A DNA stretch of 63,073 bases, filler included, from Licmophora abbreviata (lineage: Eukaryota), in NCBI GenBank assembly GCA_900291995.1. It is 15 parts of 15 records of this genome, joined end to end, with 100 filler letters (N's around TTAATTAATTAA, not from the genome) between each part and the next. Parts side by side here need not be neighbours in the genome. Positions count along the whole stretch, not along the records: positions 20,843 to 23,619 come from OLMU01001906.1; positions 23,720 to 30,000 come from OLMU01001907.1; positions 30,101 to 32,889 come from OLMU01001908.1; 12 more parts are not named here. One strand, written 5' to 3'. Made by a program: the position numbers and the translations under genes. The notes below the pieces were generated by a model, which had not been told where the DNA came from, did no database searches, and saw nothing but the letters and a program-made list of their open reading frames with translations. Positions 21,287 through 32,545 of this stretch are shown here, in pieces (the stretch's first letter is position 1; each line of letters starts with the position of its first letter).

Positions 21287-21978
21287 TGCTGGCTCTACGC
21301 AACGTCAACAGCTTCTATGGCCGCAGTCAGGCATTGCATGACCTGAACTTCGATGCCCCAGAGGGTCAGATCGTGGCGATCCTCGGTCGTAACGGGGTCG
21401 GCAAAACAACGCTTTTGCGCACAATCATCGGGCTGACCGACCGCACCGAGGGGCAGATCGACCTGTCCGGGGTCGAGATCGGGTCCATGCCCACCTTCGC
21501 CAGGGCACGTGCGGGTATTGCCTATGTGCCGCAGGGCCGCATGATCATCCCTGATTTCAGCATTCGCGAGAATATCATGATGGGAGGGTTCGCCGCCTCC
21601 GGTCAGCGTCGTATTCCGGAGATCGTCGCGGAGCTGTTTCCTTACCTGATCGAGAACCTTGAACGCCCCGGCGGTGTGCTGTCCGGCGGCCAGCAACAGC
21701 AACTGGCCATTGCGCGCGCCTTGGCGTGCGATCCGAAGATCTTGCTCATGGATGAGCCGACGGAAGGTATCCAGCCCAATATCGTGCATCAGATCGAGGA
21801 TTGCATCATCCGACTGAACACGGAGCTTGGTCTGACGATCCTTCTGGTGGAGCAGAATGTCGATTTTGCAAAACGTGCGGCAAGCACATTCGCCATGATC
21901 GAGAACGGAACCAATGTCTCGGCAGGAAAAATCGAGGACCTGACCGAAGAGATCGTTTCGCGGCACATGGCGATCTGA
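21286..21978 (+). CDS. urtE: ABC ATP-binding UrtE-like
   Basis: GRNGVGKTT, YVPQGR, LSGGQQQQLAIARAL, DEPTEGIQP. Confidence 0.85.
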   Translation: MLALRNVNSFYGRSQALHDLNFDAPEGQIVAILGRNGVGKTTLLRTIIGLTDRTEGQIDLSGVEIGSMPTFARARAGIAYVPQGRMIIPDFSIRENIMMGGFAASGQRRIPEIVAELFPYLIENLERPGGVLSGGQQQQLAIARALACDPKILLMDEPTEGIQPNIVHQIEDCIIRLNTELGLTILLVEQNVDFAKRAASTFAMIENGTNVSAGKIEDLTEEIVSRHMAI

Positions 21979-22439
21979 TGGACATCTACACCTCCATACT
22001 CGGAACCGCGGACGCACCGGAGCATCACGATGCGCTGCACCATCTGGCGCATAAACACGCTGTGGATGTCGTGCGGCTGCCTCGCGCCGACCTAGCACGC
22101 CGTCGACTGCGGATCCGGACAGACGCAGGTCGCGAGGTCGCGATCGCCTTGCCCCGTGACCAGAAGCTGTTCGAGGGCGCTTTGCTGGCGCTGAAAGAGG
22201 ACAGCGCGCTGGTTGTGCGTGTCGAGACGGAGCGCTGGATCCGACTGGCGCCGCGCGACGCGGCGGCGGCACTCAGGCTTGGGTATTTCTGTGGCAACCT
22301 GCACTGGCGCGTCCGCTTTGAAGATGACGACCTCTGCGTTGCAGTGGAAACCGAAGAGCATGTCTATCTGGAGCGTCTGGAGGGCCTTCTGGAAGAGGGC
22401 GCCGTTGTTCTTGTGTCTGATAACGGAGAGGCGGGATGA
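21978..22439 (+). CDS. ureE: Urease accessory protein UreE-like
   Basis: RRRLRIRTDAGREVAIALPR and LGYFCGNLHW; first gene of the ure block. Confidence 0.8.
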   Translation: MDIYTSILGTADAPEHHDALHHLAHKHAVDVVRLPRADLARRRLRIRTDAGREVAIALPRDQKLFEGALLALKEDSALVVRVETERWIRLAPRDAAAALRLGYFCGNLHWRVRFEDDDLCVAVETEEHVYLERLEGLLEEGAVVLVSDNGEAG

Positions 22440-23122
22440 CGTCTAAGACTGGCACCGCCATTCGGCTGTTGCAGGTTTCGGATTCGGCCTTTCCCTCGGG
22501 TGCGTTCGCGTTTTCGTCCGGTTTGGAAACGCTAGTGAACGAGGGGCGCATACACGATGCAGCGGATATCCGTGCTGTTCTGACGGGTCAGGTTCTGCCC
22601 CGTTGGGCAAGTTTCGACCGCCCTTTCCTGCAGGCGGCCCATGCCGCCGAGGCGGACATCGCGCGATTGGCCGAGATCGACGAACGCTGTCATGCTCAAA
22701 ACAGTGCAGACCGTTTGGCCGAGGCGGCACGGCGTATCGGCAGGTCGCTTCTTTCGGTGCACGCCCGGATCGGGACACGGGGCACGGCAGAATATCGCGC
22801 GGCGACAAGTGGGCCGGATTTGCGGGATAGGACCGGGTATGAACCCGTGGTGCAGGGTCTGATCGGGTTCGGACTGGGTTTGAGTGCCGCTCAGACTGAA
22901 ATGAGCGCGCTGCACACTGTCACGATGGGGTTCGTTTCGGCCGCCATACGTTTGGGTCGGCTTGGCGCAATAGAGGCACAGGCCGTTCTGGCCGCTGCCG
23001 CGCCAGAGATGGCGGACATCCTTGATAGCCCTGTTCCGGCGCGCCCCGGAGCGTTTTCGCCCTTCGCAGAAATCGCGGCCCTGCGCCGAAGCACGGGCAA
23101 TGCCAACCTGTTCGCCACATGA
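22436..23122 (+). CDS. ureF: Urease accessory protein UreF
   Basis: LLQVSDSAFPSGAFAFSSGLE, SAAIRLG, C-terminal LFAT. Confidence 0.9.
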   Translation: MTSKTGTAIRLLQVSDSAFPSGAFAFSSGLETLVNEGRIHDAADIRAVLTGQVLPRWASFDRPFLQAAHAAEADIARLAEIDERCHAQNSADRLAEAARRIGRSLLSVHARIGTRGTAEYRAATSGPDLRDRTGYEPVVQGLIGFGLGLSAAQTEMSALHTVTMGFVSAAIRLGRLGAIEAQAVLAAAAPEMADILDSPVPARPGAFSPFAEIAALRRSTGNANLFAT

Positions 23123-23136
23123 TGAAAGTTTGATCC

Positions 23137-23799
23137 ATGCTGCTGACACCCACGGAACTTGAGCGATTGACGATCTTCACCGCAGCGGAACTTGCTCGCA
23201 AGCGACGTGCGCGCGGCCTTCGGCTGAATGCGCCGGAGGCGGTTGCGCTGATTGCCGATGAAATCCTGGAAGGTGCGCGCGACGGCTCGTCGGTCGCGGC
23301 CATGATCAGTTTCGGATCGACCGTGCTGAGCACCGACGATGTGATGCCCGGTGTCGCAGACCTTTTGCCGATGATCCAGGTGGAGGCGGTCTTTCCCGAT
23401 GGCACAAAGCTGGTCACGGTGCACGATCCGATCCGCCCCGGTGACTTGCCGCTTGACGATACGGTGGGCCGTCCGGGAGAAATTCGCGCAGCCGAGGGCG
23501 AGATCGAACTCAATGCGGGCCGTGAAAAGGCAACCTTGACGGTGAAGAACACCGGCGATCGTCCGGTTCAGGTTGGCAGCCACTATCACTTCTTCGAGAC
23601 GAACAAGGCGCTCGATTTCNNNNNNNNNNNNNNNNNNNNNNNNNNNNNNNNNNNNNNNNNNNNTTAATTAATTAANNNNNNNNNNNNNNNNNNNNNNNNN
23701 NNNNNNNNNNNNNNNNNNNGACTGAACAACCTGACGCGAGGTGAAGGCAAAGAGGCGGCTTTGGAGCGTGCGCGCGCCGCAGGATTCAAGGGAGCCTGA
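23137..23799 (+). CDS. ureAB: Fused urease gamma/beta subunit, interrupted by gap
   Basis: [35 protein letters not shown] continuing in frame into [21 protein letters not shown]; after the gap [21 protein letters not shown]. Confidence 0.9.
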
Positions 23800-23801
23800 C
23801 C

Positions 23802-25514
23802 ATGGTATCGATGACCCGAGCAGACTATGCCGCGATGTTTGGCCCGACCAAGGGCGACATGATCCGGCTTGCCGATACGGAATTATGGGCTGAGATCGAG
23901 CACGACTACACATCCTACGGCGATGAATGCTTGCATGGTGGCGGCAAGACCCTGCGCGATGGTCTGGGTATGGCCGTTGGCGTGACAAGTGCTCAGGGCG
24001 CCTTGGATATGCTGATCTGCAACGTGGTGGTGATCGATGCAGTGGCGGGTATCGTGAAGGGCGATATCGGCATCAAGGATGGTCGTATCGTGGCCATCGG
24101 CAAGGCCGGCAATCCCGATGTGATGAACGGTGTTGACCCGCGCCTGATTGTGGGGGCGAGCACCACGGTGCGTGACGCCGAGGGTCTTATCGCGACAGCG
24201 GGCGCGATTGACGTGCATGTGCATTTCGATAGTGCGCAGCTTGTGGAACACGCGATGTCTTCGGGCATTACGACCATGCTGGGCGGATCGCTTGGCCCGA
24301 TCACGGTGGGGATCGATTGCGGCGGTGTCTTCAATGTCGGCAAGATGATTCAGGCGTCCCAGGAATGGCCGATGAATTTCGGGTTTCTGGGTCGTGGCAA
24401 TGCGCATCGTCCCGAAGCGATGCATGAACAAATCCAAAATGGGGCGCTTGGCCTGAAGATCCATGAGGATTGGGGTGCGATGCCTGCCGCCATCGATACC
24501 TGCCTCAGCGTGGCCGACGAGTTGGATTTTCAGGTTCAGATCCACACGGACACGCTCAATGAAAGCGGATTTCTGGAAAATACGCTTGCGGCGATCGGCG
24601 ACCGTGTCATCCACATGTACCACACCGAAGGGGCCGGCGGCGGACATGCGCCGGACATCATCCGCGTCGCGGGTATCGCGAATTGCCTTCCGTCGTCTAC
24701 CAATCCGACCAATCCCTTTACCGTCAATACGTTCGACGAACATCTCGACATGACGATGGTGTGCCACCATCTGAACCCGTCGATCCCCGAGGACGTGGCT
24801 TTCGCCGAAAGCCGGATCCGTGCGCAGACCATCGCCGCCGAAGACATTCTGCACGACATGGGGGCGATCTCGATGCTGGGGTCGGACAGTCAGGGCATGG
24901 GGCGCATTCATGAGGTGATCTGCCGGACATGGCAGCTTGCATCCAAGATGCGGGTGCAACGGGGACGATTGCCCGAAGAAACGTCGGCGAAGGGAGATAA
25001 CCTCAGGATCAAGCGCTATATCGCCAAATACACGATCAATGCCGCGAGATGCTTTGGGATAGAGGCGCATGTCGGCTCGATAGAGCCCGGAAAGATGGCC
25101 GATATCGTCCTGTGGCGTCCCGGCTATTTCGGCATAAAGCCCGAACTTGTGGTCAAGGGAGGCTTTATCGCATGGGGTGCGATGGGCGACAGCGCCGCAT
25201 CGCTGATGACCTGCGAGCCACTTGTCATGCGACCGCAATGGGGCGCGTTCGGTCGTGCCGCCCCGACGCTTGGCGCCTGCTTTGTGAACCCGCGTGCCAT
25301 CGAGGGCGGACTGCAGGAGGAGCTGGACATCTGCAAGCCCTTGTTGCCGGCAGTCGGCTGTCGTGGCTTGAGCAAGCGGGACATGCTGCTGAACGACGCG
25401 CTTCCGGATATCCGCGTTGATCCGGCGACATTTGATGTCTTCGTTGATGGCGTTCTGGCGACCTGTGACCCCGCAACGGAGCTTCCCCTGACGCAAAGGT
25501 ACATGCTCCGATGA
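23802..25514 (+). CDS. ureC: Urease alpha subunit-like nickel amidohydrolase (divergent pocket)
   Basis: [52 protein letters not shown]. Confidence 0.92.
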   Translation: MVSMTRADYAAMFGPTKGDMIRLADTELWAEIEHDYTSYGDECLHGGGKTLRDGLGMAVGVTSAQGALDMLICNVVVIDAVAGIVKGDIGIKDGRIVAIGKAGNPDVMNGVDPRLIVGASTTVRDAEGLIATAGAIDVHVHFDSAQLVEHAMSSGITTMLGGSLGPITVGIDCGGVFNVGKMIQASQEWPMNFGFLGRGNAHRPEAMHEQIQNGALGLKIHEDWGAMPAAIDTCLSVADELDFQVQIHTDTLNESGFLENTLAAIGDRVIHMYHTEGAGGGHAPDIIRVAGIANCLPSSTNPTNPFTVNTFDEHLDMTMVCHHLNPSIPEDVAFAESRIRAQTIAAEDILHDMGAISMLGSDSQGMGRIHEVICRTWQLASKMRVQRGRLPEETSAKGDNLRIKRYIAKYTINAARCFGIEAHVGSIEPGKMADIVLWRPGYFGIKPELVVKGGFIAWGAMGDSAASLMTCEPLVMRPQWGAFGRAAPTLGACFVNPRAIEGGLQEELDICKPLLPAVGCRGLSKRDMLLNDALPDIRVDPATFDVFVDGVLATCDPATELPLTQRYMLR

Positions 25515-26170
25515 CCGATAGCGCACCTATTCCCGAACGCCTTGCCACAGGACCCGCGCGCGTGGGTATCGGAGGGCCGGTCGGTTCGGGCAAGACGGCC
25601 CTGATCGAGGCGCTGATCCCGATTTTCCACGAGCGTGGCATCGAGGTGGCGGTCGTGACGAATGATCTTGTCACCAAGGAAGATGCCCGTCGCTTGCAAG
25701 CGGGTGGGCTGATCGATCCACAGCGGGTTGTGGCCGTGGAGGCGGGGGCCTGTCCGCATACCGTCATCCGGGAGGACCCTACGCTGAACATCGCCGCAGC
25801 CGACGATCTGGAGGCGCGGTTTCCCGATCTGGATCTGATCCTGATCGAAAGCGGCGGGGACAATCTTGCGTCGACCTTCTCGCTCGATCTGGTGGACTGG
25901 TGGATGTTCGTCATCGATGTGGGGCAGGGGGATGACATCCCGCGCAAGCGCGGGCCGGGGATCATGCTGTGCGATCTGCTGGTCATCAACAAGCTGGACA
26001 TCGCCCCGCATGTCTTCGTCGATGCCGCGTCGATCCTGTCGGAAGCGCGCGATGTGCGTGCGGGAAAACCTGTCATAGGCTGTCGTTGCAAAGGCGCGCA
26101 GACAGAGGGCTTGACCGATATCGCCGACGCGATCGTGCGCGACCTTCTGTTTCGGGATGTTGTGACATGA
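25511..26170 (+). CDS. ureG: Urease accessory GTPase UreG
   Basis: [25 protein letters not shown]. Confidence 0.93.
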   Translation: MTDSAPIPERLATGPARVGIGGPVGSGKTALIEALIPIFHERGIEVAVVTNDLVTKEDARRLQAGGLIDPQRVVAVEAGACPHTVIREDPTLNIAAADDLEARFPDLDLILIESGGDNLASTFSLDLVDWWMFVIDVGQGDDIPRKRGPGIMLCDLLVINKLDIAPHVFVDAASILSEARDVRAGKPVIGCRCKGAQTEGLTDIADAIVRDLLFRDVVT

Positions 26171-26994
26171 ACGTGGCGCACGTCCCGTCCCGGGCACGCA
26201 GTGTGCACGGCGAGTTGACCTTTGCCTGCGTCTCGGGGCGGACGCATCTGATGCGCCAGCATACGCCGCATCCATTTCACATCACGCGCCCGTTTCGTCA
26301 TCCCTGCGACCCTCAAGGAATGGTCACGCTTTACCTGCAGAGCTCTTCCGGGGGGGTATATGGGGACGATGATCTGGCGTTGTCTGTCGGTCTGAAGCCC
26401 GGCTCAGCGGTTCACCTGACCACGCAGGCATCAACCGTGGTGCATGATGCGCGGGGGCGCGACGGGGCCAGCCAGACCATATCACTGGACGTGGGCGCGG
26501 GCGCTTTGCTGGAATACGTGCCGGACCCGGCGATCATGATGGCTGGATCACGGCTCAAGACCCGCATCCATGCAAATCTGGCCGACGGCGCGAAGGTCCT
26601 GTTGGCTGACGCGCAGCTTTGCCATGACCCCGAAGACAATGGCCGACCTTTCGATGCGTTGGAGTGCGAGGTTGCCATTACGGCTGCGGGCAAAACGCTT
26701 TTGCTGGACCGTTTCGAATTGCAGGGTGCCGACTGGTTGACCCGCACCGGGGGCTATCGCTGTGCCGGGATGATGCTTGTCGCTGGCGATACGCGGCCCG
26801 GCGCAGCGATGCTCGATGCGGCAGCCAGCGTTCCGGGCGTCTATGCGGGTCTGTCGAACCTCGCAGATCGCGAGGTGACCATAGTGCGCTTTCTTGCGGA
26901 GGACGGTGTCGCTCTCAGTCGTGCGCTCAAGGCCATTTGGATGGCCGCACGCGAGGCAATGACCGGAGACATTCCCGTGGCACGCCGCAAATAG
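26167..26994 (+). CDS. ureD: Urease accessory protein UreD/UreH
   Basis: [26 protein letters not shown]. Confidence 0.88.
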   Translation: MNVAHVPSRARSVHGELTFACVSGRTHLMRQHTPHPFHITRPFRHPCDPQGMVTLYLQSSSGGVYGDDDLALSVGLKPGSAVHLTTQASTVVHDARGRDGASQTISLDVGAGALLEYVPDPAIMMAGSRLKTRIHANLADGAKVLLADAQLCHDPEDNGRPFDALECEVAITAAGKTLLLDRFELQGADWLTRTGGYRCAGMMLVAGDTRPGAAMLDAAASVPGVYAGLSNLADREVTIVRFLAEDGVALSRALKAIWMAAREAMTGDIPVARRK

Positions 26995-27100
26995 CGGTGG
27001 CCGACTTTTATCGCTGCGGGAAACGGTCCCGTGGTTAAACCAGTGCTGGCTTTGTTTTTGCGCTTCGCCGGCACGCATGTGACGAAAGAGGAGAGACGAG

Positions 27101-28144
27101 ATGTATCATGGTGATATCGGAAGCAGCAATGACACGGTCGGGGTCGCCGTCGTCAACTACAAGATGCCACGAATGCATACCAAAGCAGAAGTGATCGAAA
27201 ACTGCCACAAGATCGCCGACATGCTCAAGGGGATGAAAAAGGGATTGCCCGGTATGGATCTGGCGATTTTCCCTGAATATTCGACCCAAGGGATCATGTA
27301 CGACGAAACCGAGATGTACGAGACGGCTGCGGCCATCCCAGGGGAAGAGACCGAAATATTCGCGGCTGCCTGTCGCGAAGCGAATGTCTGGGCTGTGTTC
27401 TCGCTCACCGGGGAACGCCACGAGGAGCACCCCAAGAAGGCGCCGTACAATACGCTCATCCTGATGAACAACAAGGGCGAGATCGTACAGAAATACCGCA
27501 AGATCATGCCTTGGGTGCCGATAGAGGGCTGGTATCCGGGCAACTGCACCTATGTCAGCGAAGGCCCCAAGGGCATGAAGATCAGCCTGATTATCTGCGA
27601 TGATGGCAACTACCCAGAGATCTGGCGGGATTGCGCCATGAAGGGCGCGGAACTGATCATTCGGTGTCAGGGCTACATGTATCCGGCAAAGGATCAGCAG
27701 ATTGTCATGGCCAAGGCCATGGCTTGGGCCAACAACAGCTATGTGGCTGTCGCCAATGCCACGGGCTTTGACGGCGTCTACAGCTATTTTGGTCATTCCA
27801 GCATCATCGGCTTCGACGGGCGCACGCTCGGTGAGTGCGGCACAGAGGAAATGGGCATCCAGTTTGCTCAGCTCTCCGTGTCCATGATCCGCGACGCGCG
27901 CCGCACGATGCAATCCAACAACCATTTGTTCAAGCTGGTTCACCGTGGCTACACCGGCATGATCAACTCGGGTGATGGGGATAAGGGCGCGGCAGAACTG
28001 CCCTATGATTTCTACCGCAAGTGGGTCGAAGATCCCGAAGGCACACGTGAAATGGTCGAGGCGATGACCCGCCCCACGGTGGGGACATCTGAATCGCCCA
28101 TCGAAGGCCTGCCAAACGAGAGCACGGACAAAGCGCATCGCTGA
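27101..28144 (+). CDS. amiE: Aliphatic amidase (nitrilase superfamily)
   Basis: [22 protein letters not shown]; Glu-Lys-Cys triad in [33 protein letters not shown]. Confidence 0.95.
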   Translation: MYHGDIGSSNDTVGVAVVNYKMPRMHTKAEVIENCHKIADMLKGMKKGLPGMDLAIFPEYSTQGIMYDETEMYETAAAIPGEETEIFAAACREANVWAVFSLTGERHEEHPKKAPYNTLILMNNKGEIVQKYRKIMPWVPIEGWYPGNCTYVSEGPKGMKISLIICDDGNYPEIWRDCAMKGAELIIRCQGYMYPAKDQQIVMAKAMAWANNSYVAVANATGFDGVYSYFGHSSIIGFDGRTLGECGTEEMGIQFAQLSVSMIRDARRTMQSNNHLFKLVHRGYTGMINSGDGDKGAAELPYDFYRKWVEDPEGTREMVEAMTRPTVGTSESPIEGLPNESTDKAHR

Positions 28145-28157
28145 CCTTCGTTCCCAG

Positions 28158-28179
28158 ATCCGGGGGTTTGGCCCCGGAT
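28158..28179 (+). other. Intercistronic stem-loop after amiE
   Basis: ATCCGGGG-gtttgg-CCCCGGAT with no U-tract. Confidence 0.5.
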
Positions 28180-28225
28180 GCGCTGGCGGCCCGTTGCCGC
28201 CAGCGACTTCACCGATGGAGAGATC

Positions 28226-29035
28226 ATGACAACCAGCCCTCTGCTTGATGCCTATCGTTTGACGGAAGAACCCAAATGGTACCCGACGGGAGAAGAGGTT
28301 GCGCAATTTACTGCGGCTTATTCCGTGCGGCTACCTGTCATGCTGAAAGGGCCGACAGGCTGTGGGAAGACGCGGTTTGTCGAACATATGGCGTCGCGAC
28401 TGGATCGACCGCTGGTCACCGTGTCCTGCCATGAGGACATGACAGCTTCCGATCTTGTCGGACGTTATCTGCTGGGACCGGATGGCACGATTTGGCAAGA
28501 TGGCCCTTTGACGCTTGCCGTCCGTCATGGCGGGATCTGTTATCTCGATGAGATTGTGGAAGCCCGGCAGGATACGACTGTCATCATTCACGCGCTGACG
28601 GATGACAGACGCATTCTGCCACTTGAAAAGAAGGGCGAGTTGGTACGGGCGCATCCTGATTTTCAACTCGTGATTTCATACAACCCTGGCTATCAATCCG
28701 TGCTCAAAGATCTCAAGGAATCCACCAAGCAGCGGTTCTGTGCCCTGGATTTTGACTACCCTGCAACCGAGATCGAGACCTCGATCGTTGCCGCAGAAGC
28801 AGGTATCCCCAGTGCGACCGCTGCGGTTCTGGTCAAGATTGGCGAGAAAAGTCGCAATCTGCGTGGGCAGGGCCTGAGCGAGGGGGCTTCTACGCGGATG
28901 CTGATCCATACCGGGCGGTTGATGCAGCAGGGCCTGACACTGCCTGAGGCATGTCGCTTGGCCATGATAACCCCCATAACCGACGACCCCGACATGCGCG
29001 CCGCACTCGAGGCTGCGGTCGATGCCTGTAGCTGA
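28226..29035 (+). CDS. CbbQ/NirQ/NorQ-family MoxR AAA+ ATPase
   Basis: LKGPTGCGKTRFVEHMA, CHEDMTASDLVGRYL, CYLDEIVEARQDT, SYNPGYQ, LKESTKQRF, STRML. Confidence 0.93.
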   Translation: MTTSPLLDAYRLTEEPKWYPTGEEVAQFTAAYSVRLPVMLKGPTGCGKTRFVEHMASRLDRPLVTVSCHEDMTASDLVGRYLLGPDGTIWQDGPLTLAVRHGGICYLDEIVEARQDTTVIIHALTDDRRILPLEKKGELVRAHPDFQLVISYNPGYQSVLKDLKESTKQRFCALDFDYPATEIETSIVAAEAGIPSATAAVLVKIGEKSRNLRGQGLSEGASTRMLIHTGRLMQQGLTLPEACRLAMITPITDDPDMRAALEAAVDACS

Positions 29036-31361
29036 CATGGTTGCCGCGTCGCCCAATACCCTGGTTCAGGCGGCAACGCGGTCCGCGTTTCCCGGTCATA
29101 CGCTGACGGAGTTCCTGTCGGCTCATGATCGTCTGACCAAGGCGGGATATGGGGTTGCAGTGCCACGCAGCTTCCTGCAGGCGGCGCCAGATGTCGCCAG
29201 GCTTGTCGGCACGGATCAGGCGCTGGCCCTTGCTCCGGCGGCGTCGCGCATCGCGATACGAAGCAGCCCCCGGACGGCGGCGGTCTTCCTTGACCTGACG
29301 GTGCCGATGTCTCGCAGGCTTGGAGAGCCGCAGGCGTTTTCCAGTTGGGTCCAGCTTGTCATTTCGCTTGTCAACGCCGCGCCGGAATCGGTGGATCCGC
29401 TGCTTTCAAGAGCCGAGATGCTGGATGAGCGTCTGGGACTGGACGGCTTGAAAGCTTGGGTGCAATCGGGTTTGCGGTTGGGCGGAGGCGACGAACGCAA
29501 GCGACAGCAGTACTTTTCGCTGGACATGATCGAAGCGCAAAGACTTCTGGAACGCTATGCCGGCGAAGAGACATTCCAGAGCCTCGAGAGTGAATTGCGC
29601 GCAGGTCACAGGGCGCTTTGGGGACGCATGCCGCCGCTCCGCGAAGCGCTTCCGTTGGGCAAGGGGCAAGCCGAATTGCGTGCAAGCTTCGGTGGCGGCG
29701 TTGTGCAGCTTCCTGCCAGCTTCAGTGGATACCGCGGGCGTGAAAGGTCGGTCTACAAGGCCGCTCTTGCTCATATCGGGGCGCATATGGCCTATGGCGG
29801 TTCAAGCTTTCACGTTGGGCAACTCAAGCCTTTGCAGATCGCTGTCGTATCCCTGATTGAAGATGCACGGGTCGAATATCTGGCCATGCGTGAAATGCCG
29901 GGGCTTTCGCGGCTCTGGCTGCCTTTTCATGATGTCTCACCCGACGGGATGGCGACGGCACCATCGCTTTTTGCGCGGCTGGCTCGCGCCTTGCTGGATC
30001 NNNNNNNNNNNNNNNNNNNNNNNNNNNNNNNNNNNNNNNNNNNNTTAATTAATTAANNNNNNNNNNNNNNNNNNNNNNNNNNNNNNNNNNNNNNNNNNNN
30101 CCATGGCTGGGTGCAAAAGGGCGTGACCATGTTTACCGAGGGCATTGAGCAGATCGGTAACCCCGCCTTGTCGCGCCATATCGGAAATATCCTTGGAAAC
30201 GATCTTGGCCAGACACGGGTTCAGTTCAATGCCCGCAACTATGTCGTGCAGCCTGCTTACCGCGATGACAATCTTGGTCTGTGGGATTTGCCGCCGGAAC
30301 CAAACGCGCCCCCGCAGCAACACCAGTTCGAGATAAACACCTTCGACCGGCGTGAAACCGAGACGCAGGATAGCCCGCAAAAGCGTAAACAGGGGCAGTC
30401 CGATCAAGCGCATGATAGCGGTGTCGAAGCAGTCACATCGGCCCGGCTGGAGCCCAGTACCGGTCGTGTGGTCGCGCACTTGCCGGAATATGACTTCACG
30501 GCAGGTATCGAACGCCCCGATTGGGTCACGGTGAAGGAATACGAGCCCGGCCCCGGCGATCCGCTCTTCTGGCACAAGCTGAAGGAGCGTCAGGCCGTCT
30601 TGCTCGCGCGTATCGGTGAGATGGTCCGTGCCGCGTCTCTTGGACGGGCGCGTCGGCTGAAGCGGCAGGCCGAAGGCGGGGCGCTGGACCTTGATGCCAC
30701 GATCGAGGCCGCCATCAACCTGAGATCCAGGCAGACGCCCGATCTGAACGTCTATGAGGGTGTGTCACGGCCCGAAAGGTCCATCGCGGTCCACCTGTTG
30801 CTCGATATATCCCAGTCGACCGAGGACCCTGTTGAAGCAGCCGGGGCGAGTGTGATCAGCCTCTTGCGCGAGGCGTCGGCCGTGCTTGCCCATGCGATGG
30901 ACAGGTTGGGCGATCCGCTTGCGATCACGGCCTTCTCATCGGACGGGCGCGATGATCTGCGCGTGGTCCACGTCAAGCGGTTCGAGGACGAGTTGACCCC
31001 GCTCACGGGCATGGCGCTCTCGGGGCTGCGCGCCGGATACTCGACACGGATCGGAGCAGCCATTCGCTATGCGGGCGCGAAACTTGCCAAGATTCCGTGC
31101 CATCGGCGGCTGGTTCTTGTCGTGACGGATGGAGAGCCTTCTGACGTGGATGTGTCTGACCCTGACTATCTCGCGATGGATGCCAAGCGCGCGGTGCAGT
31201 CGCTCAACGCGTCCGGGATCGATGTCTTCTGCATAGCTTTGGGACACGCAGCCGGCCAACGGCATGGCGAAATCTTTTCGCGACGTGGATTCCTTCAGTT
31301 GGACCGATTGGACGCGCTGCCCACGAAACTTCCTGCACTTTATCTGAGGATGGCCAGATAA
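29022..31361 (+). CDS. CbbO/NorD-like von Willebrand A protein, interrupted by gap
   Basis: IEDARVE, LPEYD, LDLDATI, MIDAS LLDISQST, YSTRIGAAIR, VTDGEPSDVD; overlaps the AAA+ gene. Confidence 0.9.
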
Positions 31362-31427
31362 GCGCATCTGGCAATTGAAAACCAACCTTGGCTGCTTCTG
31401 GGCCGACAATGGGAAAGGAGACACTTC

Positions 31428-32414
31428 ATGAACTGGCTGGAACATTCTGTCATGGCCCGAAAAGGCGTGGCAAAGGGAAAGGCGGGTGAACACCACGAGA
31501 TCACTATCGCTGACCAGGGTACGTTTCACTATGTCTATGGCCCTTTCGTCGACCCTGTCCTGAAAGTGTCGCCGGGGGCAGTGGTTTCGGTAGAGACCCA
31601 TGACGCTTTCGAGGGCAAGATCACCAGCGAAAGCGACAAGCCTTCCGAACGGTTGAATTTTCCGTATCTCAATCCGCAGACCGGCCCGATCCATGTGGAA
31701 GGTGCGGAAAAGGGGGATGCTCTTGCGGTACGGATCATATCCATCAAGCCGCGTGGTCCGCAGCCAGTTGGTACAACCTGTCTCATTCCGGAATTCGGTG
31801 GTCTGGTGGGAACCGGCAACACCGCGATGTTGAACGCGCCGCTGGATGAAGTGGTCAGAAAGATCCGCGTCGACGAAACCGGCATTCACTGGTCCGACAG
31901 ATTGGTGTTGCCCTATGAGCCGTTTATCGGAACCATTGGCACCTCGCCCGAGATCGAGGCGATTTCCTCGCTTCAGCCGGACTATTACGGTGGCAACATG
32001 GATATGCCGGATGTTGCCCCGGGTGCGATCATCTATTTGCCGGTCAATCGCGAGGGTGGATATCTTTACCTTGGCGATTGTCATGCAATTCAAGGGGATG
32101 GGGAGCTTTGCGGAGTCGCGCTTGAAATTCCCGCGACGGTGGAATTGCAGATCGACCTGATAAAGGGGCATGGCAACAGCTGGCCGCAGCTGGAAACCGA
32201 GGACATGATGATGTTCATCGGCTCCGCCCGTCCGCTGGAGGATGCCACACGCATTGCTTATCGTGAGCTCGTTCGTTGGCTGGCGCTGGAGACCGATCAG
32301 AGCGAAGTCGACGCCTATATGCTTCTGACAATGTGCGGGAAGGTTCGTCTGGGGAACATGGTGGACCCGAAATACAGCGTCGGGGCGTCAATCGCGAAGC
32401 GCTATCTGAAATAG
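31428..32414 (+). CDS. Acetamidase/formamidase family protein
   Basis: ETHDAF, NPQTGPIHVEGAEKGD, GGNMD, GDCHAIQGDGELCGVALE. Confidence 0.9.
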   Translation: MNWLEHSVMARKGVAKGKAGEHHEITIADQGTFHYVYGPFVDPVLKVSPGAVVSVETHDAFEGKITSESDKPSERLNFPYLNPQTGPIHVEGAEKGDALAVRIISIKPRGPQPVGTTCLIPEFGGLVGTGNTAMLNAPLDEVVRKIRVDETGIHWSDRLVLPYEPFIGTIGTSPEIEAISSLQPDYYGGNMDMPDVAPGAIIYLPVNREGGYLYLGDCHAIQGDGELCGVALEIPATVELQIDLIKGHGNSWPQLETEDMMMFIGSARPLEDATRIAYRELVRWLALETDQSEVDAYMLLTMCGKVRLGNMVDPKYSVGASIAKRYLK

Positions 32415-32545
32415 CATTCTCAATCAGGGTTGCGGACCGTGGACCTTGGATTGAAGACCCCGCCTTCGTCCGGACGTATCAGAGCAAGCCTCTTAAGAGC
32501 CCCACCGCACAGCTTCCTGAAATTCTCAACATGAAAGGACATATC

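Noticed and set aside
28226..31361. Evidence for CO2 fixation (cbbQO) or denitrification (norQD)
   Set aside because: No Rubisco, nor or nir genes in the window and the context is amide catabolism, so gene symbols were withheld
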